Source: Haplodiscus bocki
Lineage: Eukaryota
DNA: 64,000 bases
Direction of reading: 5' to 3'
NCBI GenBank assembly: GCA_965655095.1
Contig: OZ296649.1
Span: 14,570,001-14,634,000, forward strand
A program made the translations under genes and the position numbers. How positions within the stretch are numbered: position 1 is the first letter of the stretch; every line of letters begins with the position of its first letter. Positions 25,401-40,400 of the stretch are shown here, piece by piece. Below the pieces are notes generated by a model. It worked only from the letters and a program-made list of their open reading frames with translations, was not told the DNA's origin and ran no database searches.

Positions 25401-28400
25401 GTGGTTGGCTGCTGGTCTTCAAATCTAATTGTTCTCAACAGGAGTTATTGATAATCACACCTCAATTCTGCATAGACGATTGCCGCTGGCCTTACTACTT
25501 TCTGATTGGCCGAACGTAATCACGAAAAAAAACTTTCTAGTTAAGATCGCAATTTGAGCAAAATTAGCAAAGATAGTTGGCATCAATTCGAATGTTTCCA
25601 AATGATTAACAACAAAAAAAGTGTAGCGTAAAAGAACACTGTTGTTCACGGAAACTAATGAAAGAGTCTAGAGTGTACCACCCAACGCGCATTCCTTACC
25701 GCGTTATAACGTTACTCGCTACTGTCGTTCCAGCCGCGATGCTGATGTTGGGAAAGTTATGCCACGTTATAAATATAACTTGTTTCCACTCATTGCGCTT
25801 CTGATATAATGTTGATGCTGGTTTCACTTGATGAAGTCGATATATCGTGGTTGTGGAAATTTTCACTAAATTCACCGTGGGCACATCGCAAACTTTGTCG
25901 TAGCAGACATTTCGTTACAAAGGCCACTTGTCGCGTTCTCATCTAAGGGGAGGAAGTACTATGACATAGTGGAATTCATGTCGGTGTCTCAATATAGTGC
26001 TGCATAAAATGCTGATATATTACTTTCTAGTATATGATATGAAGCTTCATAACATATGACATAAGATAATTGAATGATCGCGTCTTTGTTGGGTTTACAC
26101 TTTCATCAAGCTGACTTTATACTGCAGTTAGGAACAAGAAGTGGAGGCCCATTGTGTTACATGTTATCATTTCTCTGGTATTGATGTGTCCTTCGCTAAT
26201 TTAGGCGTGTACTATCCTTTGTGTGTTCTTCAATGGGAGTGAGATGCTAATTTGGCAAACCTTCGCTGGTTTCGGAGAAATGGCTGATGGTCTTGGATTT
26301 CTCACATCTTTGCCAATGCGGCTCTGACAAGTGTGGCAATTTGTGAGTTTATTAATTATTGACAGCCTGCACTGCCATTTTGTCTTTCATGCTCTGCTAC
26401 TTCCATGTTAAGCTGGGTGGCCATCACTTTTTTGGCGGTAATGCATTAGTTTGGCGTCAAATTGCCTCTGTTGTAATTGTTCGAACCCAAAAAATTTTTT
26501 CTGGTCTTTTGTTGCCTGCGGTTGAACAACACCGCGCCGTGCATTGGAACGAAAAATGGCACCAACTCAAGTAGTTTTCACAAGACGCTTTGCATGAATG
26601 TACCTCCGATCATTGAATATTATCCAGCAACGTCATGCCCATGTGTGCTTCTTTTACTCACAAAAAACAAAGTAAAGTGCCATAGTTGTCACAAATCTCG
26701 GCAGCTGGTTCCTGTTTTCACACTTTTTGCGTTGTAGTCTGGAGATATTGGTGGTTTCCGGTCTTTACTTCGGTTCGCGGTCTTCAATTTTGTCTTAACA
26801 GTAGGATCTTTCCGCCATACATTAATGTTTTCCATTTTGCGATCTTTGCAGTTTAGCTTTCTCGATTACCGAAATTTCGGGCGCTACCAGTAAACATACT
26901 TTAGTTCCACTTTCGCCATTTTCCAAAATGCGTTTGAGATTGGCGCCAGTATGGGATTAGCCTTTGAGTGGAATGTGCGGTCCGCGACTGATGGTTGTTG
27001 GGTTGATCAGCCCTTCTAACCGACGCGAGCCTTAAAATTCTGTGGTTTTCGTTGCTTTGTTGCATTTGCATTTCAGGGAAAAGTCGTTCATTGGGGTAAT
27101 ATTGGGTGTTTTCAGATCTTTCATTGAAAGTTGTCTGTTGACAATCATGTTGGCCCTCCTTATTTTGATCGACGTCAGAGTTGTTGTTTTGGTTTTTGTT
27201 TTCGTGCGCCTAATTACTTGAGCTAACTGGTCATGTGTCAACTAAGTTCCTCATGTGATTTTGATTCTGGCCCGTGGTTGGCTGCTGGTCTTCAAATCTA
27301 ATTGTTCTCAACAAGAGTTATTGATAATCACACCTCAATTCTGCATAGGTGATTGCCGCTGGCCTCACTACTTTCTGGCTGGCCGACCGTAATCACGAAT
27401 AAATAACTTCCTAGTTAAGATCGCAATTTGAGCAAAAATAGCAAAGATAGTTGACATCAATTCGAATGTTTCCAAATGATTAACAACAAGAAAAGTGTAC
27501 CGTAAAAGAACACTGTTGTTCAGGGAAACTAATGATAGAGTGTAGAGTGTATCACCCAACTCGCATTCCTTACCGCGTTATAATGTTACTCGCTACTGTC
27601 GTTCCAGGCGCGATGCTGATATTGGGAAAGTTATGCCACGTTTTAAATAAAACTTTCTTCCACTCATTGCGCTTCTAGTAAAATGTTGATGATGGTTTCA
27701 CTTGATGAAGTCGATATATCGTGGTTAAGGAAATTTTCACTTAATTCACCGTGGGTTTTTCACAAACGTTGTCGAAGCACAGATTCCATTACAAAGGCCA
27801 CTTATCGTGTTCACAACTATTGGGAGGAATTACAATGACGTAATGGACTTCATATCGGTGTCGGAGTATAGTGCTGCATAAAATGCTGATATATTAGTTT
27901 CTAATATATAATATAAAGCTTCATAACATATGACATAGGTTAATTGAATGATCGCGTCTTTGTTGGGTTTACACTTTCATCAAGCTGACTTTATACTGCA
28001 GTTAGGAACAAGAAGTGGAGGCCCATTGTGTTAGATGTTGTCATTTCTCTGGTATTGATGTGTCCTTCGCTAATTTGGGCGTGTACTATCCTTTGTGTGT
28101 TCTTCAATGGGAGTAAGATGCTAAATTGGCAAACCTTCGCTGGTTTCGGAGAAATGGCTGATAGTCTTGGATTTCTCACATCTTTGCCAATGCGGCTCTG
28201 ACAAGTGTGGCAATTGGTGAGTTTATTAATTATTGACAGCCTGCACTGCCATTTTGTCTTTCATGCTCTGCTACTTCCATGTTAAGCTGGGTGGCCATCA
28301 CTTTTTTGGCGGTAAAAGCACTATTTTGGCGTCAAATTGCCTCTCTTCTAATTGCTGTAAACCAAATCATTTTTTGTGGTTTTTTGTTGGCTGCGGTCGA

Positions 28401-31400
28401 AGAGCACCGTGCCGTGCATCGGAGTAAAGTTTGGCACCAACTCAAGTAACTTCCACAAGACGCTTTGCAAGAATGTAACTCCGATTATTGAATAATATGC
28501 AGCAATGTCATGCCATTGTGTGCATCTTTAACTCACAAAAAAGAAAGTCAAGTGTCATGGTTGTCACAAATTTCGGCAGGAGATTCGCGTTTTTACAATT
28601 TTTGTGTCGTTGTCTGTAGATTTTGGTGTTTCCCGCTCTTTTATTGGTGCGGTGTCTTCACTTTTTTCTTAGCGGTAGTATCTTTTTGGCATACATTAAC
28701 GTTTTCCCTTTGCGATCTTGACAGTTTCCTTCTATTGTAGGCCGAAGTTTCGTTTTTCAATAGCCTTCTCGAAGAGCAAAATTTGGACTGCTACCAGTAA
28801 TCATAATTCAAACCCAAGTTCACTGTCTTCTAAGTTGCGCCTGAAAATGGCGTCAGTACGGGAAGATACTTTGAGTGGAATGTGCGGTTCATGGCTGATG
28901 ATCGTTAGGTTGATCAGTCGTTCCTATGGACGCCTGCCTTTAATTTCTGTGGTTTTCGTTGCTTGGTTGCATTTTGGTTTCAGGGAGATGTTGATTGTGG
29001 TAATATTGGGTGTTTTCAGATCTTTCCTTGAAAGTTATCTGCTGACAATAATGTTGGTCCTGCTTATCTTAATAGACGTCAGAGTTGTTGTTTCGGTTTT
29101 TGCTTTCCTGCGCCTAATTACTTGAGCTAACTGGTCATGTGTCAACTAAGTTCCTCATGTGATTTTGATTCTGTCCCGTGGTTGGCTGCTGGTCTTCAAA
29201 TCTAATTGTTCTCAACAGGAGTTATTGATAATCACACCCTAATTCTGCATAGGTGATTGCCGCTGGCCTTACTACTTTCTGATTGGCCAACCGTAATCAC
29301 GAATAAATAACTTCCTAAATAAGATCGCAAATCGAGCAAAAATAGCAAAGATAGTTGACATCAATTCGAATAATTCCAAATGATTAAAAACAAGAAAAGT
29401 GTACCGTAAAAGAACACTGTTGTTCACGGAAACTAATGAAAAAGTCTAGAGTGTACCAGCCAACGCGCATTCCTTACCGCGTTATATTGTTACTCTCTAC
29501 TCTCGTTCCAGGTGCGATGCTGATGCTGATAAAGTTATACCACGTTGTAAATATAACTTGTTTCCACTCATTGCGCTTCTAATAAAAAGTTTATGCTGGT
29601 TTCAATTGATGAAGTCGATATATTGTGGTTGGGGAAATTTTCACTAAATTCACCGTGGGCATATCACAAACTTTGTCGTAGCAGACATTCCGTTACAAAG
29701 GCCACTTGTCGCGTTCTCATCTAATGGCAGGAAGTACTATGACATAAAGGAATTCACATCGGTGTCTCAATTTAGTGCTGCATAAAATGCTGATATTTTC
29801 GTTTCTAAGATATAATATAAAGCTTCATAACATATGACATAGGGTAATTGAATGATAGCGTATTTGTTGGGCTTACATTTCCATCCAGCTGACTTTATAC
29901 TGCAGTTAGGAACAAGAAGTGGAGGCCCATTGTGTTAGATGTTATCATTTCTCTGGTATTGATGTGTCCTTCGCTAATTTGGGCGTGTACTATCCTTTGT
30001 GTGTTCTTCAATGGGAGTGCGATGCTAATTTGGCAAACCTTCGCTGGTTTCGGAGAAATGGCTGATAGTCTTGGATTTCTCACATCTTTGCCAATGCGGC
30101 TCTGACAAGTGTGACAATTGGTGAGTTTAGTATTTATTGACAGCCTGCACTGCCATTTTGTCTTTCATGCTCTGCTACTTCCATGTTAAGCTGGGTGGCC
30201 ATCACTTTTTTGGCGGTAAAAGCATTAGTTTGGCGTCAAATTGCCTCTGTTGTAATTGTTCGAACCCAAAAAATTTTTTCTGGTCTTTTGTTGCCTGCGG
30301 TTGAACAACACCGCGCCGTGCATCGGAACAAAAATTGGCACCAACTCAAGTAGTTTTCACAAGACGCTTTGCATGAATGTACCTCCGATTATTGATTTTT
30401 ATCCAGCAACGTCATGCCCATGTGTGCTTCTTTTACTCACAAAAAACAAAGTAAAGTGCCATAGTTGTCACAAATCTCGGCAGCTGGTTCCTGTTTTCAC
30501 ACTTTTTGCAATGTAGTCTGGAGATATTGGTGGTTTCCGGTCTTTACTTCGGTTCGCAGTCTTCAATTTTGTCTTAGCAGTAGGATCTTTCCGCCATACA
30601 TTAATGTTTTCCATTTTGCGATCTTTGCAGTTTAGCCTTCTCGATTACCGAAATTTCGGGCGCTACCAGTAAACATACTTTAGTTCCACTTTCGCCATTT
30701 TCCAAAATGCGTTTGATATTGGCGCCATTATGGGATTAGCCTTTGAGTGGAATGTGCGGTCCGTGACTGATGGTTGTTGGGTTGATCAGCCCTTCTAATC
30801 GACGCGAGCCTCAAAATTCTGTGGTTTTCGTTGCTTTGTTGCATTTGCATTTCAGGGAAATGTCGTTCATTGGGGTAATATTGGGTGTTTTCAGATCTTT
30901 CATTGAAAGTTGTCTGTTGACAATCATGTTGGCCCTCCTTATCTTGATCGACGTCAGAGTTGTTGTTTCGGTATTTGTTTTCGTGCGCCTAATTACATGA
31001 GCTAGCTGGTCATGTGTCAACTAAGTTCCTCATGTGATTTTGATTCTGGCCCGTGGTTGGCTGCTGGTCTTCAAATCTAATTGTTCTCAACAGGAGTTAT
31101 TGACAATCACACCTCAATTCTGCATAGTTGATTGCCGCTGGCCTTACTACTTTCTGATTGGCCAACCGTAATCACGAATAAATAACTTCCTAAATAAGAT
31201 CGCAGTTTGAGCAAAAATAGCGAAGATAGTTGACATCAATTCGAATGTTTCCAAATGATTAACAACAAAAAAAGTGTACCGTAAAAGAACATTGTTGTTC
31301 AGGGAAACTAATGATAGAGTGTAGAGTGTATCACCCAACGCGCATTCCTTACCGCGTTATAATGTTACTCGCTACTGTCGTTCCAGGCGCGATGCTGATG

Positions 31401-34400
31401 TTGGGAAAGTTATGCCTCGTTATAAATAAAACTTTCTTCCACTCATTGCGCTTCTAATAAAATGTTGATGCTGGTTTCACTTGATGAAGTCGATATATCG
31501 TGGTTGAGGAAACTTTCTCTAAATTCACCGTGGGTTTTTCACAAACGTTGTCGAAGCACAGATTTCGTTACAAAGGCCACTTATCGTGTTCACAACTATT
31601 GGGAGGAATTACAATGACGTAATTGATTTCATATCGGTGTCGGAATATAGTGCTGCATAAAATGCTGATATATTAGTTTCTAATATATAATATAAAGCTT
31701 CATAACATATGACATAGCGTAATTGAATGATAGCACATTTGTTGGGTTTACATTTCCGTCAAGCTGGCTTTATACTGCAGTTAGGAACAAGAAGTGGAGG
31801 CCCATTGTGTTAGAAGTTATCATTTCTCTGGTATTGATGTGTCCTTTGCTAATTTGGGCGTGTACTATCCTTTGTGTGTTCTTCAATGGGAGTAAGATGC
31901 TAAATTGGCAAACCTTCGCTGGTTTCGGAGAAATGGCTGATGTTCTTGGATTTCTCACATCTTTGCCAATGCGGCTCTCACAAAACTGGCAATTGGTGAT
32001 TTTGATAAATGTTTGACAGCCTGCATTGCCATTTTGTCTGTCATGCTCTGCTACTTCCATATTAGGCTGGTTGACCATCACTTTTTTGGCGGTAAAAGCA
32101 CTATTTTGGCGTCAAAATGCCTCTGTTCTAATTGCTGTAAACCAAATCATTTTTGCTGGTTTTTTGTTGGCTGCAGTCGAATAGCACCGTGCCGTGCATT
32201 GGAGTGAAGTTTGGCACAGACTCATGTAATTTCCACAAGACGCTTTGCAAGAATGTAACTTCGATTATTGAATAATATGCAGCAATGTCATGCCATTGTG
32301 CGCATCTTTAACTCACAAAAAAGAAAGTCAAGTGCCATGGTTGTCACAAATTTTGGCAGGAGATTCGCGTTTTTACAATTTTTGTGTCGTTGTCTGTAGA
32401 TTTTGGTGTTTCCCGCTCTTTTATTGGTGCGGTGTCTTCACTTTTTTCTTAGCGGTAGTATCTTTTTGGCATACATTAATGTTTTCCCTTTGCGATCTTG
32501 ACAGTTTCCTTCTATTGTAGGCCGAAGTTTCGTTTTTCAATAGCCTTCTCGAAGAGCAAAATTTGGACTGCTACCAGTAATCATAATTCAAACCCAAGTT
32601 CACTGTCTTCTAAGTTGCGCCTGAAAATGGCGTCAGTACGGGAAGACACTTTGAGTGGAATGTGCGGTTCATGGCTGATGATCGTTAGGTTGATCAGTCG
32701 TTCCTATGGACGCCTGCCTTTAATTTCTGTGGTTTTCGTTGCTTGGTTGCATTTTGGTTTCAGGGAAATGTTGATTGTGGTAATATTGGGTGTTTTCAGA
32801 TCTTTCCTTGAAAGTTATCTGCTGACAATCATGTTGGTCCTGCTTATCTTAATAGACGTCAGAGTTGTTGTTTCGGTTTTTGTTTTCCTGCGCCTAATTA
32901 CTTGAGCTAACTGGTCATGTGTCAACTAAGTATCTCATGTGATTTTGATTCTGGCCCGTGGTTGGCTGCTGGTCTTCAAATCTAATTGTTCTCAACAGGA
33001 GTTTTTGATAATCACACCTCAATTCTGCATAGGTGATTGCCGCTGGCCTTACTACTTTCTGATTGGCCGACCATAATCACGAATGAATAACTTCCTAGTT
33101 AAGATCGCAATTTGAGCAAAATTAGCAAAGATAGTTGGCATCAATTCGAATGTTTCCAAATGATTAACAACAAAAAAAGTGTACCGTAAAAGAACACTGT
33201 TGTTCACGGAAACTAATGAAAGAGTCTAGAGTGTATCACCCAAAGCGCATTCCTTACCGCGTTATAATGTTACTCTCTACTGTCGTTCCAGGTGCGATGC
33301 TGATGCTGGTAAAATTATACCACGTTGTAAATATAACTTGTTTCCACTCATTGCGCTTTTAATAAAATGTTGATGCTGGTTTCACTTGATGAAGTCGATA
33401 TATCGTGGTTGAGGAAATTTTCACTAAATTCACCGTGGGTTTTTCACAAACGTTGTCGAAGCACAGATTTCGTTACAAAGGCCAGTTATCGCGTTCACAA
33501 CTATTGGGAGGAATTACTATGACGTAATGGATTTCATATCGGTGTCTGAATATAGTGCTGCATAAAATGCTGATGTATTAGTTTCTAATATATAATATAA
33601 AGCTTCATAACATATGACATAGGTTAATTGAATGATCGCGTCTTTGTTGGGTTTACACTTTCATCAAGTTGACTTTATACTGCAGTTAGGAACAAGAAGT
33701 GGAGGCCCATTGTGCTAGATGTTATCATTTCTCTGGTGTTGATGCGTTCTTCACTAATTTGAGCGTGTACTATCCTTTGAGTGTTCTTCAATGGGAGTAG
33801 GATACCAGTTTGGCAAACCTTCGCTGGTTGGGGAGAAATGGCTGGTGATCTTGGATTCCTCACATTTTTGCACATGCGGCTCTGACAAGTTTAGTATTGG
33901 TGATTTCTTAATTGATTGCTAGCCTGCACTGCCATTTTGTCTGTCATGCTCTGCTACCTCCATATTAGGCTGGGTGACCATCACGTTTTTGGCGGTCAAA
34001 GCGCTAGTTGGTGTCAAATTGCCTCTTTTCTAATTGCTGTAAACCAAATCATTTTTTCTGGTTTTTTGTTGGCTGCGGTCGAAAAAAACCGTGCCGTGCA
34101 TCGGAGTAAAGTTTGGGACCAACTCAAGTAACTTTCACAAGACGCTTTGCATAAATGTAACTCCGATTATTGCTTAAAATGCAGCAAGGTCATGCCATTG
34201 TGCGAATCTTTAACTCACAAAAAAGAAAGTCAAGTGCCATGGTTGTCACAAATTTCGGCAGCTGATTCGCGTAGGCAGAATTTTTGTGTCGTAGTCGGGA
34301 GATAATGGTGTTTTCCCTATTTTTTTTTGGTGCGGAGTCTTGAATTTTTTCTGAACTGTAGCATCATTCCGGCATACATTTTTGCATTCATCTCTGCGAC

Positions 34401-37400
34401 TTTGGCAGTTTCCCTCTTTTTTAGGCAAAATTTATCCCTTTCTACAACCTCGAAAAACGAAACTCCAAGTGCTACCTGTAATCAAACTTTGGGTCCATTT
34501 TCGCCTTCGTCTGAAATGCGTCTGAAATTGGTGTCAGTGGGGGATTATCTTTTGATTGGAATGTGCGGTTCGTGACTGATGATTGATAGGTTGATCAGTC
34601 ATTCCGATCTACGCCAGCATTAAAGTTTTGTGGTTTTCGTTGCTTTGTTGCATTTGCATTTCAGGGAAATGTCGTTCATTGGGGTAATATTGGGTGTTTT
34701 CAGATCTTTCATTGAAAGTTGTCTGTTGACAATCATGTTGGCCCTCCTTATCTTGATCGACGTCAGAGTTGTTTTTTCGGATTTTGTTTTCGTGCGCCTA
34801 ATTACTTGAGCTAACTGGTCATGTGTCAACTAAGTTCCTCATGTGATTTTGATTCTGGCCCGTGGTTGGCTGCTGGTCTTCAAATCTAATTGTTCTCAAC
34901 AGGAGTTATTGATAATCACACCTCAATTCTGCATAGGTGATTGCCGCTGGCCTTACTACTTTCTGATTGGCCGACCGTAATCACGAATGAATAACTTCCT
35001 AGTTAAGATCGCAATTTGAGCAAAATTAGCAAAGATAGTTGGCATCAATTCGAATGTTTCCAAATGATTAACAACAAAAAAAGTGTTCCGTAAAAGAACA
35101 CTGTTGTTCACGGAAACTAATGAAAGAGTCTAGAGTGTATCACCCAAAGCGCATTCCTTACCGCGTTATAATGTTACTCTCTACTGTCGTTCCAGGTGCG
35201 ATGCTGATGCTGGTAAAATTATACCACGTTGTAAATATAACTTGTTTCCACTCATTGCGCTTTTAATAAAATGTTGATGCTGGTTTCACTTGATGAAGTC
35301 GATATATCGTGGTTGAGGAAATTTTCACTAAATTCACCGTGGGTTTTTCACAAACGTTGTCGAAGCACAGATTTCGTTACAAAGGCCAGTTATCGCGTTC
35401 ACAACTATTGGGAGGAATTACTATGACGTAATGGATTTCATATCGGTGTCTGAATATAGTGCTGCATAAAATGCTGATGTATTAGTTTCTAATATATAAT
35501 ATAAAGCTTCATAACATATGACATAGGTTAATTGAATGATCGCGTCTTTGTTGGGTTTACACTTTCATCAAGTTGACTTTATACTGCAGTTAGGAACAAG
35601 AAGTGGAGGCCCATTGTGCTAGATGTTATCATTTCTCTGGTGTTGATGCGTTCTTCACTAATTTGAGCGTGTACTATCCTTTGAGTGTTCTTCAATGGGA
35701 GTAGAATACCAGTTTGGCAAACCTTCGCTGGTTGGGGAGAAATGGCTGGTGATCTTGGATTCCTCACATTTTTGCACATGCGGCTCTGACAAGTTTAGTA
35801 TTGGTGATTTTTTAATTGATTGCTAGCCTGCACTGCCATTTTGTCTGTCATGCTCTGCTACCTCCATATTAGGCTGGGTGACCATCACGTTTTTGGCGGT
35901 CAAAGCGCTAGTTGGTGTCAAATTGCCTCTTTTCTAATTGCTGTAAACCAAATCATTTTTTCTGGTTTTTTGTTGGCTGCGGTCGAAAAAAACCGTGCCG
36001 TGCATCGGAGTAAAGTTTGGGACCAACTCAAGTAACTTCCACAAGGCGCTTTGCATAAATGTAACTCCGATTATTGCTTAAAATGCAGCAAGTTCATGCC
36101 ATTGTGCGAATCTTTAACTCACAAAAAAGAAAGTCAAGTGCCATGGTTGTCACAAATTTCGGCAGCTGATTCGCGTAGGCAGAATTTTTGTGTCGTAGTC
36201 GGGAGATAATGGTGTTTTCCCTATTTTTTTTTTGGTGCGGAGTCTTGAATTTTTTCTGAACTGTAGCATCATTCCGGCATACATTTTTGCATTCATCTCT
36301 GCGACTTTGGCAGTTTCCCTCTTTTTTAGGCAAAATTTATCCCTTTCTACAACCTTGAAAAACGAAATTCCAAGTGCTACCTGTAATCAAACTTTGGTTC
36401 CATTTTCGCCTTCGTCTGAAATGCGTCTGAAATTGGCGTCAGTGGAGGATTATCTTTTGATTGGAATGTGCGGTTCGTGACTGATGATTGTTAGGTTGAT
36501 CAGTCATTCCGATCTACGCCAGCCTTAATATTCTGTGGTTTTCGTTGCTTTGTTGCATTTGCATTTCAAGGTAATGTCGTTGATTGTGGTAATATTGGGT
36601 GGTTTCAGGTTTTTCTTTGAAAAATGTTTGCTGGCAAATATGTTGGTCCTCCTTATTTTTGTCGACGTAAGGGTTGCTGTGTCTGTTTTTGTTTTCGTGC
36701 GCCTAATTATTTGAACTAACTGGTCAAGTGTAAACTGAGCTGATCACGTGATTTTGACTCTGGTCTGCGGTTGGCTGCTGGTCTTTAAACCTAATTGTTC
36801 TCAACAGGTGATAAAGATAATCACACTTCAATCCTGCACAGGTGGTTCCCGCTGGTTGACTAATTTTTGATTGGCCCACGCCAATCACGAATAATTAACT
36901 TCTCAGATAAGTTCGCATTTTAAGCACAAATAGCAAAGATAGCTAACATCAATTCGGATGATTCCAAATGGTTAATAACTAGAAAAGTGTACCGTAAAAG
37001 AGCACTGTTGTTCACGGAGACTAATGAATGAGTCTAGAGTGTATCACCCAACGAGCATTCCTTACCGCGTTATAATGTTACTCTCTACTGTCGTTCCAGG
37101 TGCGATGCTGATGCTGATAAAGTTATACCACGTTGTAAATATAACTTGTTTCCACTCATTGCGCTTCTAATAAAAAGTTTATGCTGGTTTCAATTGATGA
37201 AGTCGATATATCGTGGTTGAGGAATTTTTCACTAAATTCACCGTGGGTTTTTCACAAACGTTGTCGAAGCACAGATTTCGTTACAAAGGCCAGTTATCGC
37301 GTTCACAACTATTGGGAGGAATTACTATGACGTAATGGATTTCATATCGGTGTCGGAATATAGTGCTGCATAAAATGCTGATGTATTAGTTTCTAATATA

Positions 37401-40400
37401 TAATATAAAGCTTCATAACATATGACATAGGTTAATTGAATGATCGCGTCTTTGTTGGGTTTACACTTTCATCAAGTTGACTTTATACTGCAGTTAGGAA
37501 CAAGAAGTGGAGGCCCATTGTGTTAGATGTTGTCATTTCTCTGGTATTGATGTGTCCTTCGCTAATTTGGGCGTGTACTATCCTGTGTGTGTTCTTCAAT
37601 GGAAGTGCGATGCTACTTTGGCAAACCTTCGCTGGTTTCGGAGAAATGGCTGATGGTCTTGGATTTCTCACAGCTTTGCCAATGCGGCTCTGACAAAACC
37701 GGCAATTGGTGAGTTTAATAATTGATTGACAGCCTGCATTGCCATTTTGTCTGTCATGCTCTGCTACTTCCATATTAGGCTGGTTGACCATGACTTTTTT
37801 GGCGGTAAAAGCACTAGTTTGGCGTCAAATTGCCTCTGTTCTAATTGCTGTAAACCAAATCATTTTTGCTGGTTTTTTATTGGCTGCAGTCGAATAGCAC
37901 CGTTCCGTGCATTGGAGTGAAGTTTGGCACAGACTCATGTAACTTCCACAAGACGCTTTGCAAGAATGTAACTCCGATTATTGAAAAACATGCAGCAAAG
38001 TCATGCCATTGTGCGCATCTTTAACTCACAAAATATAAAGTCAAGTGTCATGGTTGTCACAAATTTCGGCAGGAGATTCGCGTTTTCACATTTTTTGTGT
38101 CATTGTCTGTAGATTTTGGTGTTTCCCGCTCTTTTATTGGTGCGGTGTCTTCACTTTTTTTTCAGCGGTAGTATCTTTTTGGCATACATTAATGTTTTCC
38201 CTTTGCGATCTTGGCAGTTTCTTTCTTTTGTAGGCCGATGTTTCGTTTTTCAATAGCCTTCTCGAAGAGCAAAATTTGGAATGCTACCAGTAATCATAAT
38301 TCAAACCAAAGTTCACTGTCTTCTAAGTTGCGCCTGAAAAAGGCGTCAGTACGGGAAGACACTTTGAGTGGATTGTGCGGTTCATGGTTGATGATAGTTA
38401 GGTTGATCAGTCGTTCCTATGGACGCTTGCCTTTAATTTCTGTGGTTTTCGTTGCTTGGTTGCATTTTGGTTTCAGGGAAATGTTGATTGTGGTAATATT
38501 GGGTGTTTTCAGATCTTTCCTTGAAAGTTATCTGCTGACAATCATGTTGGTCTTGCTTATCTTAATAGACGTCAGAGTTGTTGTTTCGGTTTTTGTTTTC
38601 CTGCGCCTAATTACTTGAGCTAACTGGTCATGTGTCAACTAAGTTCCTCGTGTGATTTTGATTCTGGCCCGTGGTTGGCTGCTGGTCTTCAAATCTAATT
38701 GTTCTCAACAGGAGTTATTGATAATCACACTTTAGTTCTGCATAGGTGATTGCCGCTGGCCTTACTAGTTTCTGATTGGCCAACCGTAATCACGAATAAA
38801 TAAGTTCCTAAATAAGATCGCAGTTTGAGCAAAAATAGCAAAGATAGTTGACATCAATTCGAATGTTTCCAAATGATTAACAACAAAACAAGTCTACCGT
38901 GAAAGAACATTGTTGTTCAGGGAAACTATTGATAGAGTGTAGAGTGTATCACCCAATGCGCATTCCGTACCGCGTTATAATGTTACTCGCTACTGTCGTT
39001 CCAGGCGCGATGCTGATGTTGGGAAAGTTATGCCTCGTTATAAATAAAACTTTCTTTCACTCATTGCGCTTCTAATAAAATGTTGATGCTGGTTTCACTT
39101 GAAGAAGTCGATATATCGTGGTTGAAGATATTTTCACTAAATTCACCGTGGGTTTTTCACAAACGTTGTCGAAGCACAGATTTCGTTACAAAGGCCACTT
39201 ATCGTGTTCACAACTATTGGGAGGAATTACAATGACGTAATTGATTTCATATCGGTGTCGGAATATAGTGCTGCATAAAATGCTGATATATTAGTTTCTA
39301 ATTTATAATATAAAGCTTCATAACATATGACATAGGGTAATTGAATGATAGCGTATTTGTTGGGTTTACACTTCCATCAAGCTGGCTTTATACTGCAGTT
39401 AGGAACAAGAAGTGGAGGCCCATTGTGTTAGATGTTGTCATTTCTCTGGTATTGATGTGTCCTTTGCTAATTTGGGCGTGTAATATCCTTTGTGTGTTCT
39501 TCAATGGGAGTAAGATGCTAAATTGGCAAACCTTCGCTGGTTTCGGAGAAATGGCTGATGGTCTTGGATTTCTCACATCTTTGCCAATGCGGCTCTGACA
39601 AAACTAGCAATTGGTGATTTTAATAAATGATTGACAGCCTGCATTGCCATTTTGTCTGTCATGCTCTGCTACTTCCATATTAGGCTAGTTGACCATCACT
39701 TTTTTGGCGGTAAAAGCACTATTTTGGCGTCAAATTGCCTCTGTTCTAATTGCTGTAAACCAAATCATTTTTTCTGGTTTTTTGTTGGCTGCGGTCGAAA
39801 AAAACCGTGCCGTGCATCGGAGTAAAGTTTGGGACCAACTCAAGTAACTTCCACAAGGCGCTTTGCAAGAATGTAACTCCGATTATCGAATGATATGCAG
39901 CAATGTCATGCCATTGCGTGCATTTTAACTCACAAAAAAGAAAGTCAAGTGTCATGGTTGTCACAAATTTTGGCAGGAGATTCGCGTTTTTACAATTTTT
40001 GTGTCGTTGTCTGTAGATTTTGGTGTTTCCCGCTTTTTTATTGGTGCGGTGTCTTCACTTTTTTCTTAGCGGTAGTATCTTTTTGGCATACATTATTGTT
40101 TTCCATTTGCGATCTTGACAGTTTCCTTCTATTGTAGGCCGAAGTTTCGTTTTTCAATAGCCTTCCCGAAGAGCAAAATTTGGACTGCTACCAGTAATCA
40201 TAATTCAAACCCAAGTTCACTGTCTTCTAAGTTGCGCCTGAAAATGGCGTCAGTACGGGAAGATACTTTGAGTGGAATGTGCGGTTCATGGTTGATGATC
40301 GTTAGGTTGATCAGTCGTTCCTATGGACGCCTGCCTATAATTTCTGTGGTTTTCGTTGCTTGGTTGCATTTTGGTTTCAAGGAAATGTTGATTGTGGTAA

